Shown here piece after piece: positions 9,890-17,488 of a stretch of 41,746 nt of DNA (positions are counted from its first letter, which is position 1; every line of letters starts with the position of its first letter). Both the position numbers and the translations under genes were made by a program. The stretch covers positions 1-41,746 of the forward strand of contig JAGIXO010000004.1 of the NCBI GenBank assembly GCA_026122915.1. Reading direction: 5' to 3'. Below the pieces are notes generated by a model that saw only the letters and a program-made list of their open reading frames with translations, did not search any database and had not been told where the DNA came from. The stretch comes from Candidatus Electronema nielsenii (lineage in GTDB: Bacteria; Desulfobacterota; Desulfobulbia; Desulfobulbales; Desulfobulbaceae).

Positions 9890-11059
9890 ATGAAGCCCCG
9901 ATTTGTCTTGCCCGCCGTTGTTTCTTTATTATGCGGCTTATCCGCAGCGCAGGCCCATGAGCTGCCCGAAGGCGCGGCTCCTTTGGAAAAATCCGAGCAG
10001 TGCGCTGCCTGCCACCCGACGATCTTCCAAGAATGGCAGGAATCGTTCCACGCCAAGTCCTCTGTGCATAAGGATTCCGCTCATAAGGCCATGCACCAAG
10101 CCTATAGCAAGGCGATGATCGCCAAGGGGCAGAAGGCTAATTATCACTGCGCTACCTGTCATGCGCCGATGGCTGATAATCTGAAAGCCCTGATGAGCGG
10201 CGAGGCCGAGCCGGACAGCAGTAATACAACGCAGGTAGAAGGTGTGGGTTGTACGTTCTGTCACCGCATCGAGGCGGTTAACAAGGGCAAGAGCTTTGAT
10301 CAGTACACATTGAGCAAGGAAGGTGCGTATCATACCAGTCGCCCGGCTAACAAGAAGGCCCCGCACCAGACCGCAACATCGCCGCTGTTTGCTGATGGCC
10401 AAGTCTGCATGGGCTGCCACAGCCAGTATGTCAACCCGCACGAGGTACCAGTGTGCGTGATGACTGAAGAAGGCAAGGGCAACTGCATCACCTGCCACAT
10501 GACCCAAGCAGCAGGCGGCGCGGCAGCCAGTTCAACCAAGAAGACTCACCTCTCGCACCGGGTACTTGGTGGTCACGATTTGGATATGCTGAAAAAGGCT
10601 GCGACGCTGGAAGTGAAGATCGAGAACACCGGCAAGGAGCGCACTGTCGTGGTGGCAGTGAAAAACATCACCGAGCATACCTTCCCCTCGACCAACCCTA
10701 TGCGGATGGCCTTTGTCAAGGTGCGAGCTAAGGACAAGAAGGGGGTGGTGATCTGGGAGAACTTCAAGGCAGACCCGCTGAAAGAGGACAAGCAGGCTGT
10801 GTTCTTCAAAGCCTTCAAGGCAGGTGACAAGGTGGGCGTGCCGTCCTGGGAAGCGGAGGCCTTGGCCTTTGACACGCGACTCAAGGTGGGTGAAACCCGC
10901 AGTCTGAGCTATCCGATCTACAGCCCCGAAATCAGTGAAGTTGAGGTAGAGCTGTTCTATCTGCTCTTCCCACCCAAGGCAATTGAGGGCTTTGGTATTC
11001 CCAAAGACGGGGTGAACGACAAACGCTACTCCGTGGCGAAGAAGTCGGTGAAGATGTAA
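9890..11059 (+). CDS. Periplasmic pentaheme c-type cytochrome
   Basis: GAGGAG RBS, ATG 9890, signal peptide (AQA), five CxxCH motifs (CAACH, CATCH, CTFCH, CMGCH, CITCH) and a heme-free beta-rich C-terminal domain. Confidence 0.9.
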   Translation: MKPRFVLPAVVSLLCGLSAAQAHELPEGAAPLEKSEQCAACHPTIFQEWQESFHAKSSVHKDSAHKAMHQAYSKAMIAKGQKANYHCATCHAPMADNLKALMSGEAEPDSSNTTQVEGVGCTFCHRIEAVNKGKSFDQYTLSKEGAYHTSRPANKKAPHQTATSPLFADGQVCMGCHSQYVNPHEVPVCVMTEEGKGNCITCHMTQAAGGAAASSTKKTHLSHRVLGGHDLDMLKKAATLEVKIENTGKERTVVVAVKNITEHTFPSTNPMRMAFVKVRAKDKKGVVIWENFKADPLKEDKQAVFFKAFKAGDKVGVPSWEAEALAFDTRLKVGETRSLSYPIYSPEISEVEVELFYLLFPPKAIEGFGIPKDGVNDKRYSVAKKSVKM

Positions 11060-11068
11060 ACGGGAGGA

Positions 11069-11097
11069 AACCGGCTGCCCGAAGAGGACAGCCGGTT
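11069..11097. terminator. Hairpin between convergent genes, probable terminator
   Basis: AACCGGCTG ... CAGCCGGTT perfect 9-bp stem between the cytochrome and FNT stops. Confidence 0.6.
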
Positions 11098-11103
11098 GAT
11101 TGG

Positions 11104-11913
11104 TCAGGCTTTTCGCCTACTGTTGCGCAGGTAAGCCACCCAATACACCGCGCCGACCTGCACCGCACCGCCGACGATGTTACCTGCGGTTGACATGATG
11201 ATGTTGGTCATGCAGCCGAAGCCAGATATCGTGCCGTGGTCATCCAAGATCAGGCCAAAGGGTAGGAAGAACCAGTTGGCAATAGAATGCTCAAAGCCAA
11301 TAGCAACAAAAGCGGCTACCGGCAGGAAGATCGCCATGATCTTATCAATCACGCTGCGACCACCCATAGCTAACCAGACGGCCAGACAGACCAGCGCATT
11401 ACAGAGCATCCCCCGCAGAAAAGCCTCGCACAGGGTCAGATTAGCCTTGTTCGCCGCAATCTTCACAGCTGTCGCCCCGACTGCCCCACCGTTGATGTCA
11501 GCAATTCCAGCCAGCACCACCAGCACTACCGTGAGGACTGCGCCGATGACGTTACCAAGATAGGAGTAGAACCAGTTGCGTAGGACGCTGTGGGTGCTAA
11601 TCTGGCCACTGGCCCAAGCCATAGTGAGCAGGTTGTTACCCGTGAACAGCTCTGCCCCACCCACCACCACCAAGATCAGCCCTAAGCTAAAGCTCAGGCC
11701 GCCCAGCAGACGGGTTGGGCCGAAACCGAGGGTGGAGTCGGTTATCACCACCGTGAAGAAGAGCGAGCCAAGGGCGATGAAGGCCCCGGCCATCATCGCC
11801 AGTACCAGTAAGGTCAGGGTGTCAGCATGGGCCTTTCTCACCCCCATGCTTTCGACCTTACGGGCAATGTCGTCCGGCGAGTAGGCATCGCCAAAGCCTG
11901 GTGCGGTTCTCAT
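11104..11913 (-). CDS. Formate/nitrite transporter (FNT) family channel
   Basis: GLILVVVGGAELFTGN, LCNALVCLAVW, GFEHSIAN and GNIVGG motifs; GGAGGA RBS. Confidence 0.93.
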   Translation of the reverse strand: MRTAPGFGDAYSPDDIARKVESMGVRKAHADTLTLLVLAMMAGAFIALGSLFFTVVITDSTLGFGPTRLLGGLSFSLGLILVVVGGAELFTGNNLLTMAWASGQISTHSVLRNWFYSYLGNVIGAVLTVVLVVLAGIADINGGAVGATAVKIAANKANLTLCEAFLRGMLCNALVCLAVWLAMGGRSVIDKIMAIFLPVAAFVAIGFEHSIANWFFLPFGLILDDHGTISGFGCMTNIIMSTAGNIVGGAVQVGAVYWVAYLRNSRRKA

Positions 11914-12082
11914 GAATCCTCCTCCTTGTTGAGTTATCTCCTGCCGCTGGGCGGCCCTGATTCACTTCGGATGATGCAGCAATTCAGTTTCAATGATACC
12001 GCAAGCAACGATAAAGAGGAAGGGCTTCTTGAATGGGTTGCATTCTGCCTACTCCGCCGCGCCTTGCTTGGGTGCCGAGGGA

Positions 12083-13168
12083 TCAGAACAGGAGGTTGAA
12101 CAGCCAGCCAGTGCAGAGAATGCCTGTTCCCACCACAGCGACAAAGACGGCGATCAGCTTCGGCTTGAGCACCTTGCGGAGGATCACCATCTCTGGGAGC
12201 GAGAGGGCAATCACGCTCATCATAAAGGCCAGTGCTGTGCCTAAGGCTGCGCCCTTGCCGAGCAGTGCCTCCATCACCGGCACGATGCCAGCCGCATTGG
12301 AATACATGGGAATGCCGATCAGCACGGCCACAGGCACTGACCACCACTGGTCGCGGCCCATGATCGAGGCCATGAAGTCCTCTGGCACATAGCCGTGAAT
12401 CGCCGCGCCCACGGCAATACCCGCGATCACGTACAGCCAGACCTTGCCCACTATCTCACGCACGGCGGTTTTGCCCATGCTGATACGGTCATGCCAGGTT
12501 AGCTTGCGCTCAATCACCAACTCCCGCACTGAGCGCATTTCCTGCACCCAATCTTCAATCAGGTGTTCAAGGTGGAGGCGACCAATGACCCAGCCTGAGA
12601 CAATGGCGATCAGCAAGCCAGAGCCAAGATAGATAGCTGCCGCCTGCCAGCCAACCAAGCCGTAGAGGAGCACCAGAGCGACCTCGTTGATCATGGGCGC
12701 GGAAATGAGGAAGGAGAAGGTCACGCCGAGCGGCACCCCGGCTTGAACAAAACCGATGAAGAGCGGTACCGCCGAGCAGGAGCAGAAGGGGGTGACAATG
12801 CCAAGCAGGGCAGCCAGCACATTGCCGACAGCCTCGTTGCGACCAACCAAGTACTTGCGGGTGCGCTCCTTGGTGAAGAAGGAACGCACCATGCCGACGA
12901 CAAAGACGATCAAGGTCAGCAGTAGCATGACCTTGGGCGTATCATAAACAAAGAACTGTACAGCCGCGCCGAGATGACTGCCTTGCTCCAAGCGCAGGAG
13001 TTTGTAGGCAAAGAAATGAGAAAAGGGCAGCAACAGGCTGTAGAGTAGATACCAGATGGCCAGCCCGACTATGCCAAACAGGAGCATCCGGCCTTTGCTC
13101 ATCGCTGCTTTGCTTGTGCCGCTGTTTTTGTTCGAGCAGCCGCAGCCGCCTAATTGCATCGGTTCCAT
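12083..13168 (-). CDS. ArsP/DUF318 family permease
   Basis: TPFCSCSAVP, FLISAPMINE, GIPMYSNAAG and LSLPEM motifs; directly downstream of arsR. Confidence 0.88.
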   Translation of the reverse strand: MEPMQLGGCGCSNKNSGTSKAAMSKGRMLLFGIVGLAIWYLLYSLLLPFSHFFAYKLLRLEQGSHLGAAVQFFVYDTPKVMLLLTLIVFVVGMVRSFFTKERTRKYLVGRNEAVGNVLAALLGIVTPFCSCSAVPLFIGFVQAGVPLGVTFSFLISAPMINEVALVLLYGLVGWQAAAIYLGSGLLIAIVSGWVIGRLHLEHLIEDWVQEMRSVRELVIERKLTWHDRISMGKTAVREIVGKVWLYVIAGIAVGAAIHGYVPEDFMASIMGRDQWWSVPVAVLIGIPMYSNAAGIVPVMEALLGKGAALGTALAFMMSVIALSLPEMVILRKVLKPKLIAVFVAVVGTGILCTGWLFNLLF

Positions 13169-13177
13169 ACTTCCTCC

Positions 13178-13531
13178 TCACTGGTTTTTTTGGCGCAATA
13201 TCGCCGCAGCAGGCAGAGCGTTGCGCATTCGCTCCACCGATGGGTTCTCGTTCAGCCAGCTCGTTAGCTGCTTCAGCATCGCCTCGGCATAGGGCGAATC
13301 GCTGCCGTCCGCTATGCTGTAGAGTATCCAAGTACCTTGTCGGCGTTTGGTGACTAAGCCCGCCTCCTCCAGCACCTTCATGTGCTTAGAAACCGTGGGC
13401 TGCGCCAGCCCAAGCACCTGCTGTAGCTCGCAGACACAGCGTTCGCCCGCCTCCAGCAGCTTGATGGCTGCGGCCCGGTTCGGGTCAGACAGGGCTTTCA
13501 TCACCCGGATGAGTTTGTTCATGGTTGCCAC
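13178..13531 (-). CDS. ArsR/SmtB family metalloregulator
   Basis: KALSDPNR, CVCEL metal-binding box and QPTVSKHM..L HTH. Start is GTG 13531 or ATG 13522. Confidence 0.92.
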   Translation of the reverse strand: MATMNKLIRVMKALSDPNRAAAIKLLEAGERCVCELQQVLGLAQPTVSKHMKVLEEAGLVTKRRQGTWILYSIADGSDSPYAEAMLKQLTSWLNENPSVERMRNALPAAAILRQKNQ

Positions 13532-13542
13532 TCTTATTATTC

Positions 13543-13589
13543 ATATATTGCCATACGGTAATATATAGACCCCCGTGTTGCCCTGTCAA
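13543..13589 (-). promoter_or_regulatory. Sigma70 promoter of the arsR operon overlapped by a palindromic operator
   Basis: Minus-strand TTGACA (13589-13584) and TATATT (13565-13560). Inverted repeat ATATATTGCC-atac-GGTAATATAT (13543-13566, one mismatch) covers the -10, as expected for ArsR autorepression. Confidence 0.7.
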
Positions 13590-13632
13590 TGATTTCTTTG
13601 CAATCAGTCCGCTGTGCCGCTAAGATATCCGC

Positions 13633-14169
13633 ATGAATCAGGAACAGGATGCGGCCTTCATGGGTAAGGCTTTGGCATACGCCACCTACGCTGCGGCCTT
13701 GGAAGAAGTGCCAGTGGGCGCGGTCTTGGTCAGCGCGGACGGTAGGCTGCTCGCTGGTGCAGGCAACAACTGCATTCAGGCAAACGACCCCACCGGTCAT
13801 GCCGAGATGCGTGTCCTGCGTATTGCCGCTGAGAAGGTCGGCAACTACCGCCTGCCTAGGACGACCTTGTATGTTACCTTGGAGCCATGCCCGATGTGTG
13901 CGACAGCCCTGCTCCTCGCCAGGGTAGAGCGGATTGTCTTTGGTGCGACAGACCCTAAAAGCGGGGCGATTCAGTCTGTTTATCACATTGGCAGTGATGG
14001 TTGCCTGAACCATCGCTTCAGCATCACCAGCGGGGTGCGGGCTGAGGAATGCGGCAGTATTCTGCGAGCGTTCTTTCGGCAACGGAGAGGAAAAAGCATC
14101 GCGTCGCCACTTTTAGCTTGTCAAACGACTGAACTCGGTTTAAATAGATGTGCAGCAGTACCGCCGTGA
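13633..14169 (+). CDS. tadA: tRNA adenosine(34) deaminase
   Basis: EVPVGAV, DPTGHAE, TLEPCPMC and FFRQRR; located upstream of tRNA-Ser and ffs. Confidence 0.92.
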   Translation: MNQEQDAAFMGKALAYATYAAALEEVPVGAVLVSADGRLLAGAGNNCIQANDPTGHAEMRVLRIAAEKVGNYRLPRTTLYVTLEPCPMCATALLLARVERIVFGATDPKSGAIQSVYHIGSDGCLNHRFSITSGVRAEECGSILRAFFRQRRGKSIASPLLACQTTELGLNRCAAVPP

Positions 14170-14232
14170 AGTGACAAGGCGACTGCGGAAGGTGAGAGCA
14201 GCTTAGTCCCGACTGTTGCTTTTCACAGCTCA

Positions 14233-14318
14233 GGAGAGGTGACCGAGTGGCTTAAGGTGCACGCCTGGAACGCGTGTGTACGCAAGTACCGTGAGTTCGA
14301 ATCTCACCCTCTCCGCCA
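14233..14318 (+). tRNA. tRNA-Ser(GGA)
   Basis: GGAGAGG/CCTCTCC acceptor stem with G-CCA end, anticodon arm CACGC-CT-GGA-AC-GCGTG, long variable arm, T-loop GTTCGAATC. Confidence 0.96.
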
Positions 14319-14341
14319 ACATGATAAGCGACCCCAAGTTT

Positions 14342-14443
14342 GACAGCCGGGTCCTGCACAATAAAGAATCGTGAACCCCGTCAGATCCGGAAGGAAGCAG
14401 CGGCAGCGAGACTCTTTATGTGTTGCAGGAGTGCCCGGCTGTC
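14342..14443 (+). ncRNA. ffs: Signal recognition particle RNA (4.5S)
   Basis: Conserved core TCAGATCCGGAAGGAAGCAGC in a long hairpin closed by GACAGCCGGG/CCCGGCTGTC, followed by a T run. Confidence 0.93.
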
Positions 14444-14653
14444 TTTTTTTATGCTCGCTTGCCGCCCCGCAAGAAAGATTGTTATCCTGCCATTCCAAGT
14501 CAAATATGCCTTATATAGTCAATTCAGGCTATTGATTTTTAATCGCAGGAGCAGCCAGCATCTTCCTTTTCCCTTGCAGTCTGCGCTGCCCGCACTGTAT
14601 GCTTTGCCGGGCATTTCCTTTCATACTTCCCAACAGATAAGGAGCACAACAGC

Positions 14654-15124
14654 ATGGACCCTGTTACAATGGCTGTCGTCAACGGCATCGCGTGCGGAGC
14701 AGCAGGCGGTCTTGTCACCGCCACAGTCCCGGCAGCAGTCAAGGCGGCGACCGATGCGTGGAACAGCTTCAAAGCCCTGTTGCAGCGCAAGTTCGGCCAA
14801 GACAGCGCGTTGCTGAAGTCAGTGCAGGAACTGGAGCAGAACCCAGATTCCAAAGCCCGCAAGGATTTAGTTGCGGAGGAGGTGGCGAAGAGCAAGGCGC
14901 ATCAGGATGAAGAGCTGTTGGCTGCTGCGGGCAAGCTGCTGGAGCTGCTCAAGGCAGTACAGCCGCAGGCGGCGTATCACGCTTTGCAGACTGGCTCCGG
15001 GGCAGTGGCGCAAGGGACTGGTGCGGTTGCTGCGGGAGCAGGAGGCATTGCAGTGGGCGGCAATGTGCGGGGAGGCATCAACATGCCGGGCAGCAAGGGT
15101 GGCGAAGATGAGCGCAAGCCCTGA
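14654..15124 (+). CDS. Bell-like helical effector with C-terminal Gly/Ala/Val-rich putative amyloid motif
   Basis: TAAGGAG RBS. N-terminus MDPVTMAVV..IA.GAAGG...DAWNSFKALLQRKF, then LEQNPDS.ARK helical bundle. C-terminal GSGAVAQGTGAVAAGAGGIAVGGNV is shared with the next gene's N-terminus. Confidence 0.75.
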   Translation: MDPVTMAVVNGIACGAAGGLVTATVPAAVKAATDAWNSFKALLQRKFGQDSALLKSVQELEQNPDSKARKDLVAEEVAKSKAHQDEELLAAAGKLLELLKAVQPQAAYHALQTGSGAVAQGTGAVAAGAGGIAVGGNVRGGINMPGSKGGEDERKP

Positions 15125-17039
15125 TGAGCGCACCGGGGCCTGCCCAAGCAACAGCGGCTCTGGGGCAACAGCGCAGGACGGCGCGGTTGCTGCTGGTGAG
15201 AACGGGCTGGCGGCTGGCAGAGACATTAACTTCTACACCAGCAACCAGCCTGCGCCGCCTCCTATCCCCCGCCAGCTTCCCACGCTTGAACCCTGCTTTC
15301 TCCACCGCAAGGAGGAGCTTGCTTGGCTGAACGACAGGCTGCATCCCGGCAAGGTGGCAGCGGTGTGCGGGCCGGGCGGCATGGGCAAGAGCGCGCTTGC
15401 TGCCCAAGCAGTGCATCAGTTGGAGCCAGCCCGCTTCCCGGACGGCATCATCTTCCATAGCTTCTATCATCAGCCGAAGGTGGAGACCGCCCTGCAAGCT
15501 CTCTGCGCGGCCTTTCAGATCGAGGCAAAGGCGGGGCTTGAGACTGCGGTGCGGAATGCCCTCTCAGGCAGGAAGGCGTTGCTCATCCTCGATGGGACGG
15601 AGCAGGCGGATGACCTGCCAGCTCTGCTGCGGCTGCGCGGTGGGTGCGGGGTGCTGATCACCAGCAGGAAGACTGAGGACGCGCTGGATGAGCTGTGGGA
15701 GCTGAAGCGGCTGGACAAGGCGCAGGCAGAAGAGGTGTTCCGGCACTACAGCAAGGTTTCGGGTGATGACGCAAACGTAGCGGGCATTTGCAAGATACTG
15801 GACGGCTGGCCGGTTGCTCTGCGGATTGCGGGTCGGTATCTGCGCAGGACGAAAGAGAGCGCGGCCTTGCTGCTGCGGCGCAGCGTGGATGCGGTGAGTG
15901 CTGATGCCCGGCTTGCGCTGGGCTTGGCAGGCTGCTTGGCCTTTGCGCCGCTTGCCCGCGAGCCGGTGGCTGCCATTCTCGATGGTGATGAACGCCGAAG
16001 CCGCGCCGCCCTGAACGAGCTGGTCACATACGGCCTGCTGGAGAAGCGCGAGGAACGCTGGCAGATAAGCCACGCGCTCATCCACACCTACGCCCGCAAA
16101 GAGCTGGCCCTGAGCACAGAGAGCATGAAGCAGCTGGCAGACTGGTACATTGCTTTCTGCAAGGCTGCGAGCAATGAAGGCTTGAAGGGCTACGCCCGCC
16201 TTGATGGAGAGCGGGCGCACTGCCTGCGGCTGATGGAGAGCTGCCTTGCTATCAAGCTGTTTGGAGAGTTGAGCCACTTGGTCGTGTTCATGGATAACTA
16301 TTTAGATCTGCAAGGTCACTGGACAGAACATCAAGATGCTTTCAATATGATGTTGGCTGCTGATCAGCAAGCAGGTGAGTACAAACATAAAGCATGGAGC
16401 CTTAATCAATTAGGGCTTACCTGCCGTAAACGTGGCGAGTATGCGAAGGCTCTGGAGTGCTTCAACCAGAGTTTTGAGATATATTGCGAAATAGATGATC
16501 AGCAAGCAAAAGGAACAATTCTGAATAATATTGGTTGGACGCATGATATACAAGGTAAATATGAGTACGCCTTGCAATATTACAAAAAGAGTTTAAGCAT
16601 ACGTCGAAGGATTGGCGACCGAAGGGGTATAGGTCAAACATTGACTAATATCGCAATGATTTATACAGTCCAAGGCAAGTATGAGATAGCGTTGAAGTAT
16701 CTTAAATGTGACTTGGCTATATGCCGAAATACTAAAGATAAGGTTGGAGAGGCTGCGACCTTGAACGGTATTGGCTCAGTTTACTATCATAAAGGTAGTT
16801 TCATAAAGGCACTGAGATATTTGAGACAAGCCTTAGATATAGCGCAAGAGTATGGAGACAAGGCTGGTGAGACAGTAACTTGCTTTAACATAGCAGGTGT
16901 TTTTCATGCTCAAGGCAACCTTGCCAAGGCAGAGGAACACCTCAGCCAAGCCGTGCAGCTTGCAGAGCAGATCGGCTATCCTTCTTTGGAGCAATGGCGC
17001 GAAGGATTGGCACGGGTGCGGGCAGCGCGGCGGGGGTAA
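15108..17039 (+). CDS. NLR-like STAND protein: N-terminal putative amyloid motif, NB-ARC, five 40-aa TPR repeats (643 aa)
   Basis: Start taken at ATG 15108. PRQLP..FLHR..EL, Walker A GPGGMGKS, Walker B LLILDG, LITSR, GWPVAL (GxP), ISHALIH (MHD-like) and TPR units such as GTILNNIG...QGKYEYALQYYKKSL. Confidence 0.88.
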   Translation: MSASPDERTGACPSNSGSGATAQDGAVAAGENGLAAGRDINFYTSNQPAPPPIPRQLPTLEPCFLHRKEELAWLNDRLHPGKVAAVCGPGGMGKSALAAQAVHQLEPARFPDGIIFHSFYHQPKVETALQALCAAFQIEAKAGLETAVRNALSGRKALLILDGTEQADDLPALLRLRGGCGVLITSRKTEDALDELWELKRLDKAQAEEVFRHYSKVSGDDANVAGICKILDGWPVALRIAGRYLRRTKESAALLLRRSVDAVSADARLALGLAGCLAFAPLAREPVAAILDGDERRSRAALNELVTYGLLEKREERWQISHALIHTYARKELALSTESMKQLADWYIAFCKAASNEGLKGYARLDGERAHCLRLMESCLAIKLFGELSHLVVFMDNYLDLQGHWTEHQDAFNMMLAADQQAGEYKHKAWSLNQLGLTCRKRGEYAKALECFNQSFEIYCEIDDQQAKGTILNNIGWTHDIQGKYEYALQYYKKSLSIRRRIGDRRGIGQTLTNIAMIYTVQGKYEIALKYLKCDLAICRNTKDKVGEAATLNGIGSVYYHKGSFIKALRYLRQALDIAQEYGDKAGETVTCFNIAGVFHAQGNLAKAEEHLSQAVQLAEQIGYPSLEQWREGLARVRAARRG

Positions 17040-17059
17040 TCCCTTTGTCATTCCGGGGT

Positions 17060-17133
17060 GTAGGGGCAGGCCCCCGTGCCTGCCCGTCGTTGCAATCGGG
17101 ACACGCAGGGCGGCCACAGGGGGCCGCCCCTAC
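17060..17133. repeat. Inverted pair of GTAG-type REP elements (REPIN-like doublet)
   Basis: GTAGGGGCAGGCCCCCGTGCCTGCCC (17060-17085) faces GGGCGGCCACAGGGGGCCGCCCCTAC (17108-17133); each has a GTAG foot and an internal palindrome. Confidence 0.8.
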
Positions 17134-17188
17134 GGGGTTTGGTATGCACAGGCTGGGGCGAACCGTATGAGGAGTCTATCTCTCTGCT

Positions 17189-17411
17189 CCCCACCAGAGT
17201 GCGGCCAACCGTTGCACTCCAGTGGAACCGCAACTTGCACGAGAGTGAAAGCCGCCATTGCACTCTCGTGAAACGATCCGTTGCACTCTCGTGAAACGAT
17301 CCGTTGTACTCTCGTGCAATGCACCGTTGCACGAGAGAAGTATCCACCGTTGTACTCTCGTGCAACGTGCCGTTGTACTCTGGTGCAACCAATCTTTGCA
17401 CTCTGGCGCGG
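17189..17411. repeat. Tandem array, 23-bp period, 9 units plus 1 degenerate, core TTGYAC-TCTC/GAGA-GTGMAA
   Basis: Cores begin exactly at 17212, 17235, 17258, 17281, 17304, 17327, 17350, 17373 and 17396, with a partial unit in phase at 17189. Confidence 0.92.
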
Positions 17412-17488
17412 GCAGCGCGGCAGGCGTAGATGGACGCTGCCTGAAATCATTTAGCCATCAGGGGTAAGAAACTCACGAGGAGACAAGC

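Noticed and set aside
9890-11059. NrfA nitrite reductase call for the pentaheme cytochrome
   Set aside because: No CxxCK motif, and the heme spacing and C-terminal domain do not fit NrfA.
14304-14816. ORFs 14340-14816 (+) and 14304-14498 (-)
   Set aside because: They overlap the SRP RNA (and the tRNA end or the Bell-like gene) and have no protein features.
14871-15107. 79-aa N-terminal extension of the NLR ORF in the ORF track
   Set aside because: It lies inside the Bell-like gene in another frame and is Arg/Trp/Cys-rich nonsense. ATG 15108 places the shared motif at the N-terminus.
15124-15330. Alternative TGATG-coupled ORF MSAPGPAQ, arising from a GATGAGCGCA 10-bp duplication at 15107 and 15123
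   Set aside because: Out of frame with the motif and NB-ARC, with no recognisable features. A regulatory decoy start or an old frameshift cannot be fully excluded.
16250-16915. Diversity-generating retroelement target explanation for the TPR composition shift
   Set aside because: No reverse transcriptase or template repeat in the window, the region is much longer than a typical variable repeat, and it is A-enriched rather than A-depleted.
17189-17411. CRISPR array interpretation of the 23-bp repeats (also 29167-29258)
   Set aside because: Spacers are only 7 bp, the repeats are degenerate and there are no cas genes in the window.
17048-17467. Several overlapping ORFs on both strands with repetitive peptides
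   Set aside because: They are translations of the REP and the 23-bp array; a period not divisible by 3 argues against coding.
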